Of a stretch of 64,000 nucleotides of DNA, positions 54,706-64,000 are shown one piece after another. Numbering within the stretch: position 1 is the stretch's first letter; each line of letters starts with the position of its first letter. The position numbers were made by a program, and so were the translations under genes. Below the pieces are notes generated by a model. That model did no database searches, was not told the origin of the DNA, and was given only the letters and a program-made list of their open reading frames with translations. Source of the stretch: an uncultured Anaerolineales bacterium (GTDB taxonomy: Bacteria; Chloroflexota; Anaerolineae; CG2-30-64-16); assembly GCA_964614645.1 (NCBI GenBank), contig CAZTMA010000001.1:1295-65294 (forward strand), in the 5' to 3' direction.

Positions 54706-55395
54706 ATGGACGAAGCAACCGAAACAACCGAACTGGCCCTGTTTCCACTCAACACAGTGCTGTTTCCCGGCCAGGTGTTGCCGCTGCACATCTTCGAAGA
54801 TCGCTATCGTTTGATGGTTCGGCGGTGTCTGGCCGATGAGTTGCCGTTCGGCGTCGTGCTCATCAAGCAGGGCGAGGAAGTGGGCATGCCTGCGGAACCG
54901 TATGGCGTCGGCACACTGGCGCGCATCATCGAGAGCACGCATCTGCCCAATGGGACAATGAATATCATCACGGTCGGGGTCGAACGCTTCCGCATACGCC
55001 GGTTCATTCACGACCAGCCCTACCTGCGCGGTGAGGTGGAAACGCTGCCCCTGGACGAGCAGGGCGACGCGGGGGCCTTGGAAGGACTGGCAGACAGCGT
55101 GCGCGAGCGGGTGGCACTTTACATCAAGCTGATTGCGGAGGCTGCCGGGTTGGAAATCAAGGTTGACCAGATGCCTGACTTGCCCGCACAGATCGGCTAT
55201 CTCGCGGCCATAACCATGCAGATCGACAACCGCGAAAAGCAAGAGTTGCTGGCCAGCCGGTCGCTGACTGTGATTCTGAGCCAAGCGCGCACGCTGCTGA
55301 ATCGTGAGAATGCCCTGCTGACCTGGATGGTCGGCAGCAAAGCCTGGCCGGAGCAAGTGCAGTTTGGACCGAGCGGCACACTCTTGCCCAACTGA
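54706..55395 (+). CDS. Stand-alone LON N-terminal (substrate-binding) domain protein
   Basis: LALFPLNTVLFPGQVLPLHIFEDRYR signature. Confidence 0.8.
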   Translation: MDEATETTELALFPLNTVLFPGQVLPLHIFEDRYRLMVRRCLADELPFGVVLIKQGEEVGMPAEPYGVGTLARIIESTHLPNGTMNIITVGVERFRIRRFIHDQPYLRGEVETLPLDEQGDAGALEGLADSVRERVALYIKLIAEAAGLEIKVDQMPDLPAQIGYLAAITMQIDNREKQELLASRSLTVILSQARTLLNRENALLTWMVGSKAWPEQVQFGPSGTLLPN

Positions 55396-55412
55396 CCGAT
55401 TGTCTCACGCAT

Positions 55413-55441
55413 TTGACACGGACCCCCTGACATGGTAAAAT
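55413..55441 (+). promoter_or_regulatory. cspA promoter
   Basis: TTGACA, 17-nt spacer, TAAAAT. A long 5' UTR (about 185 nt) follows. Confidence 0.5.
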
Positions 55442-55492
55442 CCTATTCGTTGTGATCGTTACAACAATGGCCAGGGAGTAGGACAGTCACCA

Positions 55493-55534
55493 GCCACCGG
55501 TGCTGCAGTCTAGCCCGGTGGTTTTTGTGTTTTG
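55493..55534 (+). promoter_or_regulatory. Terminator-like hairpin plus U-tract inside the csp 5' UTR (candidate attenuator)
   Basis: ccaccggtgctgcagtctagcccggtgg followed by tttttgtgttttg. Confidence 0.45.
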
Positions 55535-55627
55535 TCGGCTGTGCGGGCAGCGAACTGGCTGTACAGCAACTCCAGTGCCCGGCCAGGCGTGGACGATCAC
55601 AGGACTATTAGCAGGAGGCACTACCAA

Positions 55628-55834
55628 ATGGAGAGCACGGGTGTAGTTAAGTGGTTTAGCCGGAGCAAGGGTTATGGATTCATTTCGCCGGATGGCGGAG
55701 ACAAGGACGTATTCGTTCACTACTCCAACATCCTCGGCGAAGGCTTTCGCAACCTGGACGCTGGAGAGCGGGTGAGCTTTGTCATCGAAGATACGCCCAA
55801 AGGCCCGCAGGCAGTTAATGTAACCCCGGTCTAA
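55628..55834 (+). CDS. cspA: Cold-shock protein (CspA family)
   Basis: [15 protein letters not shown]...VFVHYS, 68 aa. Confidence 0.9.
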   Translation: MESTGVVKWFSRSKGYGFISPDGGDKDVFVHYSNILGEGFRNLDAGERVSFVIEDTPKGPQAVNVTPV

Positions 55835-55866
55835 GAGGTTACTGAGCGCCACATCCGGCCCCCGGC

Positions 55867-55898
55867 TCTCCGCTGGGGGCTTCTGTTTTAAGTCGACC
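55867..55898 (+). terminator. Intrinsic terminator after csp
   Basis: gcccccgg-ctctccg-ctgggggc followed by ttctgtttt. Confidence 0.55.
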
Positions 55899-55918
55899 AT
55901 CTAAGGTTTGGCCCAACG

Positions 55919-57058
55919 TTGTGGCAACCCTGTAAACAGAATCACTTGCCAATGCCCCTGAACCGGTGTAGAATGCCGGACAACTGGTCAGGAGCAGGAT
56001 TGTCGGTGATTCGTCCGTTCGGTCTGAACGATATCGGGTTGGTGCGCCGGCTACAACGTGACGGAATGGCGCTGGCAATGGAGCCTATGCTGGCCCACCC
56101 GCACCAACCATTGTGGACTGCGCTGACCGCGCCGTGGCCATGGGCGGGAGCGGGCGTGGCCTCTTTCGTGTTGGATGAGAGGGTCGATGGCCGGCGGCTG
56201 ATGGGCTTCGTGCAGTTGATGAAACGGGCCGCGCGACCTGAGGCCGATCTGCTGCATCTCGCACCGGTGGTGACCGCGGTGGATGACACGGCGGAAGCTG
56301 CACCGTCAGATCAGGCACCGGCCGCTTGCAGCGGGGACGGCGCAGTCATCTGGAGCAAGTTGCTGGCTTACTGCCAGCGGGCGGCGGCCGGTCACGGGCT
56401 CCAGCGTATCTATGCCAGCACGCCGGACGGGTGTGCCGAGCAGCAATGCTTGCGTGCAGCGACCTTCAGCCCGTACACGCGGGAGACCATCTATCGGCTG
56501 GCATCGCTGCCTCCGGCTGGCGGGGCACTGGTGGGGTTTCGGCCGCAGACGCCGCAAGATAGTTGGGCGTTGCAGCGGCTCTACACCCGCAATACGCCGC
56601 TGCTGGTGCAGCAGGCCGAAGGCGCCCTGACCGGCGAGGTCGGCTCGCCGCCGCTATCCTGGTGGGAACCGGATAGCTGGCGCGGCACCGTGTGGGAGCC
56701 GGCAGGTGAAGTGCGCGCCGCCGTGCAGGTGCACATCGGGCGGGCGGGCCACTGGCTGCGGCTGTGGGGGGCGAATGAGATTTCGCCGCGTGAATTGCGG
56801 TCACTCGTCGAACAGGGTCTCCGCCAGATTGACCTGCTGCGGCGGTCGCGGCGCACCGTGCCGGTGTATACGACCGTCCGCGAGTATGAGAGCGGACTGC
56901 GCGGCGCCCTGACCGGGTTCGGCTTTGCACCCTATCTGGAACGGGTGCGTTTCGTCAAACACACTGTTGCAATGGTCCGGCATCCGGCAGCAGTGTCTGC
57001 GGTGGGCCGTGAGGTGCGCCAGGAAATGCCAGTGCGCAGTCAGGCGGGTCGCCCATAG
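55919..57058 (+). CDS. Hypothetical protein, possibly a two-lobed acyl-CoA N-acyltransferase fold
   Basis: ORF codon usage matches its neighbours. No confident motifs. Exact start uncertain. Confidence 0.45.
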   Translation: MWQPCKQNHLPMPLNRCRMPDNWSGAGLSVIRPFGLNDIGLVRRLQRDGMALAMEPMLAHPHQPLWTALTAPWPWAGAGVASFVLDERVDGRRLMGFVQLMKRAARPEADLLHLAPVVTAVDDTAEAAPSDQAPAACSGDGAVIWSKLLAYCQRAAAGHGLQRIYASTPDGCAEQQCLRAATFSPYTRETIYRLASLPPAGGALVGFRPQTPQDSWALQRLYTRNTPLLVQQAEGALTGEVGSPPLSWWEPDSWRGTVWEPAGEVRAAVQVHIGRAGHWLRLWGANEISPRELRSLVEQGLRQIDLLRRSRRTVPVYTTVREYESGLRGALTGFGFAPYLERVRFVKHTVAMVRHPAAVSAVGREVRQEMPVRSQAGRP

Positions 57059-57088
57059 TGCGACCACATTGACACATGACCTGTTCTG

Positions 57089-58753
57089 ATGACAGGCAAA
57101 AGGTTGTATTCAGAACGTATGCAACAACGAAGAATTACGGACGACCTGGATGCCCTGCTCCAGGTCCTGCCGCCACCCGTCGAACAAGCGTTGCGGGAAT
57201 CCAATCAGGGCGATAGCCTGCTGGAAGTCATCCTGGACCTGGGAAGGCTGCCAGAGGCCCGTTTTGTGGACCGCGAGCTGGTGTTGAGCCAGCGCGAGGT
57301 CAGCGAAGATGACCTGAAGTTTGTCATCGATCGCATCGGCATGTTCACCGGCGACAACCGGGCCGGCATCGAGCGCACGCTCCACCGCATCTCGTGTATC
57401 CGCAACCGGCAGGGCCGCATCATCGGCCTGACCTGTCGTGTCGGCCGCGCGGTGTACGGCGTGATCGATATCATCGAGGATATCGTCAAGTCCGGCCAGA
57501 GCATCCTGCTGCTGGGCCGGCCGGGCGTCGGCAAGACGACCTTGCTGCGCGAGGCCGCGCGCATTCTGAGCGAGAAGGCGCGCGTCGTCGTCGTGGATAC
57601 GTCCAACGAAATCGGCGGCGACGGCGACATCCCGCACCCGGCCATCGGCCGCGCGCGGCGCATGCAGGTGGCCGCGCCCGAGTTGCAGCACGAGGTCATG
57701 ATCGAGGCCGTCGAGAATCACATGCCGCAGATCATCGTCATCGACGAGATCGGTCGCGAGCAGGAAGCCGCGGCAGCCCGCACCATCGCGGAGCGCGGCG
57801 TGCAACTGGTCGGCACTGCGCACGGCAACAGCCTCGAAAATCTGCTCATCAACCCGACTCTGTCAGACCTGGTGGGCGGCATCGAGAGCGTCACGTTGAG
57901 CGACGAAGAAGCGCGCCGCCGCGGCACGCAGAAGTCTGTGCTGGAACGCCGCGCGCCGCCCACGTTCGATGTGCTGATCGAGCTGCAGGATCGCCAGCGC
58001 ATGGCCGTGCATCACAGCGTGGCCGCAGCCGTGGATGCCATCCTGCGGGGCCGGTCGCTGCAGCCGGAGATTCGTTTCCGTGACGAGAGCGGCCAGGTGC
58101 GCATTGAGAAGGCGCCCGCGCCGCTGCCCGAATCGCGCACCATGGGCGCGGGGCCGGGGATGAACCGTTTGCCTTTCGAGAAGCGCGGCAATGGCCGCTC
58201 CAATGATGTGGAGCGCGGCGGTCCTATGCGCGGCAGCCAGCCGCAGTATCAGGCGACCCCGGATGAAGCGCCGCAGCCCGCGCGCCAACAGGCTCAGACC
58301 CTGCGGGTCTATCCCTATGGGGTGGGCCGCGGCCGGCTCATTCAGGCCGCACAGAACCTCGGTGTGCCGATTGCGTTGGTGGACAGCCTCGAGCAGGCCA
58401 ACGCGGTCGTGACGCTGAAGAATTACTATCGCAAGCACCCGCAGCCCATCTCGGATGCGGAGCGCCGCCGGATTCCGGTGTATGTGCTGCGCGCCAATAC
58501 CATGAATCAGGTCGAGTCGTTCCTGGGCGATGTGTTCGGCCTGCCGGTGGTGATGGAGGATCCGGTGGAGCAGGCCGTGGCCGAGACCCAGGAGGCCATT
58601 CGCCGCGTACTGGGAGGATCGAACTCGGAGGAACTGCGGCCCGCAGGGGCGGACGTCCGGCGGATGCAGCACGAGATGGCGCGGGCCGCGAATCTCGTGT
58701 CGCACAGCTACGGCAATGAACCGCGGCGCCGCGTACGTATCTTTCCGGGCTAG
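57089..58753 (+). CDS. AAA-type ATPase of the SpoIIIAA/Ycf45-like family with C-terminal R3H-like nucleic-acid-binding region
   Basis: LLLGRPGVGKTTLLRE, VVIDEIG Walker B, sensor region GTAHGNSLENL. An alternative start is the ATG at 57119. Confidence 0.7.
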   Translation: MTGKRLYSERMQQRRITDDLDALLQVLPPPVEQALRESNQGDSLLEVILDLGRLPEARFVDRELVLSQREVSEDDLKFVIDRIGMFTGDNRAGIERTLHRISCIRNRQGRIIGLTCRVGRAVYGVIDIIEDIVKSGQSILLLGRPGVGKTTLLREAARILSEKARVVVVDTSNEIGGDGDIPHPAIGRARRMQVAAPELQHEVMIEAVENHMPQIIVIDEIGREQEAAAARTIAERGVQLVGTAHGNSLENLLINPTLSDLVGGIESVTLSDEEARRRGTQKSVLERRAPPTFDVLIELQDRQRMAVHHSVAAAVDAILRGRSLQPEIRFRDESGQVRIEKAPAPLPESRTMGAGPGMNRLPFEKRGNGRSNDVERGGPMRGSQPQYQATPDEAPQPARQQAQTLRVYPYGVGRGRLIQAAQNLGVPIALVDSLEQANAVVTLKNYYRKHPQPISDAERRRIPVYVLRANTMNQVESFLGDVFGLPVVMEDPVEQAVAETQEAIRRVLGGSNSEELRPAGADVRRMQHEMARAANLVSHSYGNEPRRRVRIFPG

Positions 58754-59446
58754 GTGATGGGCCTGTTCATCACGTTCGAGGGGCCGGAGGGCGGCGGCAA
58801 GACGACGCAGATTCCGTTGCTCGCCGCCTGGCTCCGCGAACAGGGCCGCGATGTGCTGACGACGCGTGAGCCGGGCGGCACGCGCATCGGTGACGCGGTG
58901 CGAGCCGTCCTGCTGGAACCGACGCACACGGAGATGCGCGCGCAGACGGAGATTCTGCTGTTCTCTGCCGCCCGTGCGCAGCTCGTCGGTGAGGTCATCC
59001 AGCCGCATCTTGCGCAAGGTGGCGTGGTGCTGTGTGACCGCTTTGCGGATTCGACGTTGGCCTACCAGGGCTACGGTCGCGGGTTGGACCTGGACGTGCT
59101 GCGGCAGATTACCGATTTCGCGATCGGCCCCGTGCGCCCGCACCTGACCGTTTGTCTGGACCTGCCGGTGCTGGAGGGGTTGCGCCGAAAACGGGGTGGA
59201 GGCGCAGCCGAATGGAACCGCATGGAGCGTGAGGAACTGGCCTTCCACGAAGCCGTGCGAAGGGGCTATCTGACGTTGGCCGTTGCAGAGCCGGCACGCT
59301 GGTTAGTCCTGGACGCCCTGCAGCCCAGCGCAGTCATCCAGGCGCATATCCGTGAGCGGGTGGCGAATCTGCTGGCACCGAGCCAGCAGGCAACGGGCCA
59401 GCAGGCAACGGGCCAACAGGCAACGGGCCAGCAGGCTTCAAGCTAA
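58754..59446 (+). CDS. tmk: Thymidylate kinase with C-terminal (QQATG)n tail
   Basis: FITFEGPEGGGKTTQ P-loop and the DRF motif region (CDRFADSTLAYQG). Confidence 0.9.
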   Translation: MMGLFITFEGPEGGGKTTQIPLLAAWLREQGRDVLTTREPGGTRIGDAVRAVLLEPTHTEMRAQTEILLFSAARAQLVGEVIQPHLAQGGVVLCDRFADSTLAYQGYGRGLDLDVLRQITDFAIGPVRPHLTVCLDLPVLEGLRRKRGGGAAEWNRMEREELAFHEAVRRGYLTLAVAEPARWLVLDALQPSAVIQAHIRERVANLLAPSQQATGQQATGQQATGQQASS

Positions 59447-59528
59447 TAGACGATGGGCCGGTTAGCAACCGGGCGATGAACCAGTCGTTCTGCCAAAACC
59501 ATATACACCCAGGGTCAGGAGGATCTCT

Positions 59529-59855
59529 ATGAAGCTAATCATGGCTATTGTGAGCAGCGATGATTCACGCGATGTGCTCGACCGACTGACCAAGTCAGGG
59601 TTCCGGGCCACGGTAATCAGCACGACCGGCGGCTTCCTCCGCGAGGGCAACAGCACCATCTTCCTGGGGACCGAGGATCAGAAGGTGGCGCAGGCTATCG
59701 ACATTCTGCGGCAGGCCTGCCGCCGGCGAACGCAGTGGGTATCACCGCTGCCCACGCTGGAGGGGCCGGGCCTGGAAATGGCCGAGCCGATCGAGGTGAG
59801 CGTGGGTGGAGCGGTGGTTTTCGTGCTGAACGTGGAGCAATTCGTCCAGGTCTGA
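59529..59855 (+). CDS. darA: PII-like c-di-AMP receptor DarA (YaaQ family)
   Basis: MKLIMAIVSSDDSRDVLDRLTKSGFRATVISTTGGFLREGNSTIFLG closely matches the YaaQ family. The usual tmk-yaaQ synteny is present. Confidence 0.8.
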   Translation: MKLIMAIVSSDDSRDVLDRLTKSGFRATVISTTGGFLREGNSTIFLGTEDQKVAQAIDILRQACRRRTQWVSPLPTLEGPGLEMAEPIEVSVGGAVVFVLNVEQFVQV

Positions 59856-59883
59856 GCCGCGGAGCTTCAGACGCCCGCCGCAG

Positions 59884-60282
59884 TCACATGACCCCGAAAT
59901 CCTCGCCGCCGCCGCCGGGCGCGGCGAGGTCGGGCATGGACTTTTCGATGTCTTCGGGGTCCTCGCCGGCCTCCAGCCGGCCGACGACTTCTTCAAACTC
60001 GGCCCCGAGGTCCTCGCCGGTTTCGTTCGCCATCTTGCGCATGAAACGGGCCAGTGACTTGGGGTCGTTTTCGTCCAGGTCGCCCATGCTCGACGGATCG
60101 GCCAGGTCATCCAGGCGGCTATCCTCAGAGCGGAGGACGGCGACGCGCGAAATCAGGCGCGTGAGGTTGTGGCCGCCGCAGCGCGGGCAAACCGGCGCGC
60201 GGGCTTGGGCATCTTCGAATGAGCGCCATAGCAAGCTGACTCGGCGACGGCAGTCGTGACACGTATATTCGTAGATCGGCAT
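59884..60282 (-). CDS. FmdB-family zinc-ribbon protein with acidic C-terminal tail
   Basis: MPIYEYTCHDC...CPRCG. Start at the ATG at 60282 after a GGAGAAG site. Confidence 0.7.
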   Translation of the reverse strand: MPIYEYTCHDCRRRVSLLWRSFEDAQARAPVCPRCGGHNLTRLISRVAVLRSEDSRLDDLADPSSMGDLDENDPKSLARFMRKMANETGEDLGAEFEEVVGRLEAGEDPEDIEKSMPDLAAPGGGGEDFGVM

Positions 60283-60366
60283 GCTTCTCCTCGTCATCTG
60301 ATACTGACGAGATTATACGCGAAAGCGGAACCGGAAACAAGCATCCGGCATCTGCGGTGAGCGCTC

Positions 60367-61050
60367 TTGCAGGCTGAGAGGGTTATGAGCCACACGGACT
60401 CCACCGATATTCAGACGTCACAGGCGCACCGGGCTGACTGGTATGCGTCTCTGCACGAACCCCGGCCATTGCTGGTTGTCATCTCCGGGCCTTCGGGCGT
60501 CGGCAAGGACGCGACCATCCAGCGCATGAAGGACAGAGGCTTCCCCTGCCACTTTGTGGTCACCGCTACCACGCGCCCCCGGCGCGCCAACGAGCTCGAT
60601 GGTGTGGACTACCACTTCGTCACGGAAGTAGCCTTCAAGGAAATGATCGAGCGCGGGGAACTGCTCGAGTATGCCCTGGTGTATGAACAATATAAGGGCA
60701 TTCCGAAGGCCGGTATCCGTGCGGCGCTGGCGAGCGGGCAGGATGTGGTCATGCGGGTGGATGTGCAGGGCGCCGCAACCGTGCGCGCGCTGGTGCCCCA
60801 GGTCGTGACGATCTTCCTCACCGCAGAGTCGGAGGATGAGCTGGTCGAGCGTCTGCGTCGCCGCCGCACGGAGGATGAGGCCCAGTTACAGCGCCGCCTG
60901 GAGATGGCCCGTGCGGAGCTGGCGCGCGCAAGTGAATTCAAGTATCGGGTCATCAACTGCGAATGCGCGCTCGATGACACGGTCGACAAGGTCATAGCGA
61001 TCATCGAGGCCGAGAAGAGTCGGGTGGACTGGCAGCCGGTGGCGCTATGA
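60367..61050 (+). CDS. gmk: Guanylate kinase
   Basis: ISGPSGVGKDA, TTRPRR..E.DGVDYHFV. Confidence 0.9.
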   Translation: MQAERVMSHTDSTDIQTSQAHRADWYASLHEPRPLLVVISGPSGVGKDATIQRMKDRGFPCHFVVTATTRPRRANELDGVDYHFVTEVAFKEMIERGELLEYALVYEQYKGIPKAGIRAALASGQDVVMRVDVQGAATVRALVPQVVTIFLTAESEDELVERLRRRRTEDEAQLQRRLEMARAELARASEFKYRVINCECALDDTVDKVIAIIEAEKSRVDWQPVAL

Positions 61051-62177
61051 GCGCGCCCCAGGCCAACGACATGAGCCCAGCCGCTGCGGGCGAGCAAGGG
61101 CATGTCAACGTGCGATTGCCCCTGCACAAGCCGCGCGTGGTGTATGTTTTCCTCGCGTTGATCGGCTTGGTGTTCGTGGCGGAATTGGCGTTGGGCGGCT
61201 CGCAGAACCACGAGACGCTCCGCCGGCTGGGCGCCCAGGTCAACCCGCTGGTTGCGGTGGGCGAGCTCTGGCGGCTGGTCGCCGCGATGTTCCTGCACAT
61301 CGGGCTGCAGCACATCCTGTTCAACGGGTGGGCGCTGTTCAGCGTGGGCCGCGAGGTCGAAGCCATGTATGGCTCCCTCTGGTTCACGGTCATCTACCTC
61401 GCGGCCGGGCTGGCCGGCAACATCGGCTACTACTGGCTGGGCGATTCGGTCCTGTCCGCCGGCGCATCGGGCGCGGTATTCGGCCTGATTGGTGCGGAGG
61501 CCGCTTTCTTCCTCACCAACCGCTCGCTGTTCGGCAAGCTGGGTAGCCAGCGGCTGGGGAATCTCGGCGTGCTCATCGCCATCAACCTCGTCTTCGGCTT
61601 CACCGTGCCCGGCATCAACAACATAGCACACCTGGGGGGCCTGATCATGGGGTTTGCGCTCGGCCTGCTGCTGGCCCCGCGCTTCGCGGTCGAGTGGCGT
61701 TGGGATATCGCCGGTGCGCAGGGCCATGTCGCAGACCGGCAGCGTGCGGTTGTGCGGCTGGCGGGCACGTTGGCGGCCGTGGTGCTGCTGTTTAGCGGCT
61801 GGCAGCTCGGCAACGCGCGCTGGCAGAACAGTGCGGAGACGTTCCGCACGCAGGCCTATGAAGCCCTGTCCGCGGGGAGCCGTGACGAGGCACGCCAGCT
61901 TTTCGAGCAGGCCGTCGCCGCCGACCCGCAGGACGCAGTCAGCCTTGCCAATCTGGGCCTCATGTTTCTGCAGGATGACCAGCTTGCGCAGGGCGTGACG
62001 CTGCTGGAGCGCGCCTACGCATTGATGCCGGACAATCCGGATGTGCAGTTCTTCCTGGCCGCGGGCTATGTGGAAACCGGCCGGCTGGCCGAGGCCAAGC
62101 TGTTGATGGAGCGGTTCCTCCAATCCGAAGATGCCGGCGAGCGCGCCGATTATGCACGCCAGGTCCTGGCACGCTAG
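61047..62177 (+). CDS. Rhomboid-family intramembrane serine protease with C-terminal TPR repeats
   Basis: GASGAVFGLIGA (the GxSG motif), AHLGGL (His), and TPR-like helices at the C-terminus. Confidence 0.8.
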   Translation: MSAPQANDMSPAAAGEQGHVNVRLPLHKPRVVYVFLALIGLVFVAELALGGSQNHETLRRLGAQVNPLVAVGELWRLVAAMFLHIGLQHILFNGWALFSVGREVEAMYGSLWFTVIYLAAGLAGNIGYYWLGDSVLSAGASGAVFGLIGAEAAFFLTNRSLFGKLGSQRLGNLGVLIAINLVFGFTVPGINNIAHLGGLIMGFALGLLLAPRFAVEWRWDIAGAQGHVADRQRAVVRLAGTLAAVVLLFSGWQLGNARWQNSAETFRTQAYEALSAGSRDEARQLFEQAVAADPQDAVSLANLGLMFLQDDQLAQGVTLLERAYALMPDNPDVQFFLAAGYVETGRLAEAKLLMERFLQSEDAGERADYARQVLAR

Positions 62178-62195
62178 GAAACACGGAGACAGATT

Positions 62196-63056
62196 ATGGC
62201 GCTCGGTGAAAAATATACAGTCCGGCCGTCGGCCATCGCGGGTACGTGGTATCCCGGCAGCGCGCCGGCCTTGCGCCGTACCGTCGAGGAACACCTGGCT
62301 CAGGCACCGCGTACGGATCTGCCCGGTGACGTGCTGGTTCTCGTCAGTCCTCATGCGGGCTACGCATACTCCGGCCCCACGGCCGGGCACGCCTTCACCC
62401 AGGTGCGCGGGGCAGCGATCAAGCGCGTCATCGTGCTCGGTCCGCTGCATCGGCCCATCTGGGGCAGTGACGTAGGCTCATTCATGGTTCCCGTCGAAGA
62501 CGCTTATCGGACTCCCCTGGGCGATGTGCTGCTGGATCGCGAGTTCATTGCGCGTCTGGGACAGCAGGTCGAGCTGACTCCGGTGCGCCGCGACGAAGAA
62601 CATGCACTGGAAATCGAGCTACCCTTCCTGCAGGTGGTGCTCGGCAGCTTTCAGCTTGTGCCGGTGATGCTGGGCGACTACATCGGGACGCGCGGGGCAG
62701 TCGAGCGGCTGGACGGGCTGGCGCAGGCGCTGGCTGCGCTGTGGGAGACAGGCACGCTCATCGTCGTCTCGACCGACCTCAGCCACCTCGACAACTATAC
62801 CGATGTGGTGCGCACCGACCGCAAGCTGGTCGATCTCGTGCAAGCCCTCGATGTGCCCGGGCTGACTGCCGCGCTCATTCACGAGCAGGTGCAGGCGTGC
62901 GGGGCCAGCAGCCTCGTGGCTGCTCTGCGAGCTGCACAGCAGTTGGGCGCAACCGCTGCCCAAGTCCTCCACTACACCAACTCCGGCGATGTCACCGGCA
63001 ACCGCACGCCCGGCACCTACACCGTCGGTTACATGGCCGCGGCCGTATGCCGGTAG
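62196..63056 (+). CDS. MEMO1/AmmeMemoRadiSam system protein B family
   Basis: AGTWYPGS...VSPHAGYAYSGPTAGHAF signature. Confidence 0.8.
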   Translation: MALGEKYTVRPSAIAGTWYPGSAPALRRTVEEHLAQAPRTDLPGDVLVLVSPHAGYAYSGPTAGHAFTQVRGAAIKRVIVLGPLHRPIWGSDVGSFMVPVEDAYRTPLGDVLLDREFIARLGQQVELTPVRRDEEHALEIELPFLQVVLGSFQLVPVMLGDYIGTRGAVERLDGLAQALAALWETGTLIVVSTDLSHLDNYTDVVRTDRKLVDLVQALDVPGLTAALIHEQVQACGASSLVAALRAAQQLGATAAQVLHYTNSGDVTGNRTPGTYTVGYMAAAVCR

Positions 63057-63076
63057 CGGGCCGCGGGTGAGCCTTC

Positions 63077-64000
63077 ATGCTTTACGCTGATGTCTGCGTC
63101 AACACGCCGCTCGGCGCGCGGCTGACTGCGCCCGGTGCGGAAGATGATCCCCTGCTGCGCACATTTACCTATGAGGTCCCCGATCGGCTTATCGGACGCA
63201 TCGAGCCGGGCCATCTGGTCTGGGTCACCTTCCGCGGCCGCCGGCTGCAGGCCGTCGTGCTGCGGCTCTTCGATGCGGCACCCGACTTCAAGACGCGCGA
63301 GATTCTCTCCCTGGTGTGGGCCCAGCCCGTACTGACGCCGGTCCAGCTGACGCTCGCCGCGTGGATCAGCGAGACCTACCTGGCCCCCCTGATCGAAGCC
63401 TTGCGGCTGATGCTGCCCGTGGGCCTGGCTCAGCGCGGGCGCAACGTCTTCGCCCGCACGCGTGCGGCCGCGCCCTCCGGTCTGCCCGCCAATCAACAGG
63501 CATTACTCGATCGCATCACGGCCGCGCCCGGTGAGTGGTCCGAAATCAGCGCGGGACTCAAGCGCGTAACGCAGCGGGACGACCTGGAGCCGCTGATTGC
63601 GCTCGGCCTGGTGACGCGCGAGGTGGCATTCCCTGCGCCCCCGCCGCGCGCCAAGACCGACCGCCAGGTTCGGCTGCTCGTGCCGCCCGGCGAGCTGCCG
63701 CGCGTGCTGCCGTCCTTGGGCCGCACTTCGAAGCAGGCGGATGCGCTCGCGCGTGTCGCGGCGGCCCCTGAGGGCCTGCCGCTCGGAGAGCTGTGTGCGG
63801 CCGCGGGCTGCACCCCCGGCCCCGTGCGCGAACTCCAGAAGCGCGGCTGGGTAGTGATCACCGGCAGCGGGTCTGCTGCGCAGGTGACGCTGGCGCTGCC
63901 GCCGGAAGCCATCACCGACACCCTGGTCGAACTGCGCGGGGGGCAGAAACAGCGTGCGGTGCTGGAGGCGCTGGCCCGTCACGATGGCCCCGCGTGGATC
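63077..64000 (+). CDS. priA: Primosomal protein N' (PriA), N-terminal part, runs off the window
   Basis: MLYADVCVNTPLG...TFTYEVP...GHLVWVTFRGRRLQAVVL is the PriA 3'-DNA-binding N-domain. No stop before the window end. Confidence 0.7.
   Translation, partial: MLYADVCVNTPLGARLTAPGAEDDPLLRTFTYEVPDRLIGRIEPGHLVWVTFRGRRLQAVVLRLFDAAPDFKTREILSLVWAQPVLTPVQLTLAAWISETYLAPLIEALRLMLPVGLAQRGRNVFARTRAAAPSGLPANQQALLDRITAAPGEWSEISAGLKRVTQRDDLEPLIALGLVTREVAFPAPPPRAKTDRQVRLLVPPGELPRVLPSLGRTSKQADALARVAAAPEGLPLGELCAAAGCTPGPVRELQKRGWVVITGSGSAAQVTLALPPEAITDTLVELRGGQKQRAVLEALARHDGPAWI

Overview
This 64 kb window is a high-GC bacterial chromosomal segment. Codon bias, GGAGG-type ribosome-binding sites, Thr/Pro-rich linkers and a Tat lipoprotein suggest a Chloroflexota-like organism, but that is inference only. 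Most genes lie on the + strand and encode transport and housekeeping functions. These include surE, an ABC-2 exporter, corA, a complete Opp/Dpp-type ABC importer with two paralogous substrate-binding proteins, trkAH, cspA, tmk-darA, gmk, a rhomboid protease, a Memo-like protein and the start of priA. There is an ExeM/NucH-type extracellular nuclease. A cell-envelope cluster holds GH-A-like surface proteins carrying Cna-B-like repeats and a shared C-terminal domain, plus a GT39 glycosyltransferase. A sugar-catabolic cluster combines GH127, an HpcH aldolase and a 2-hydroxyacid dehydrogenase. A putative light-responsive module contains a CooC-like ATPase, two CarH-like B12-MerR regulators and a Crp/Fnr regulator, which share a promoter/operator motif. 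The standout is a five-gene operon at 42.4-47.8 kb. It encodes cytoplasmic trypsin-like proteases, one of them catalytically dead, interleaved with proteins built from two small helical domains shuffled between neighbouring genes. That is the architecture of a homotypic adaptor chain of the effector-associated or death-like kind, yet no NTPase or sensor is present. I could not match it to a described system. I saw no rRNA, tRNA, CRISPR array, transposase or integrase. Several antisense ORFs in the six-frame track are spurious shadows of high-GC genes.
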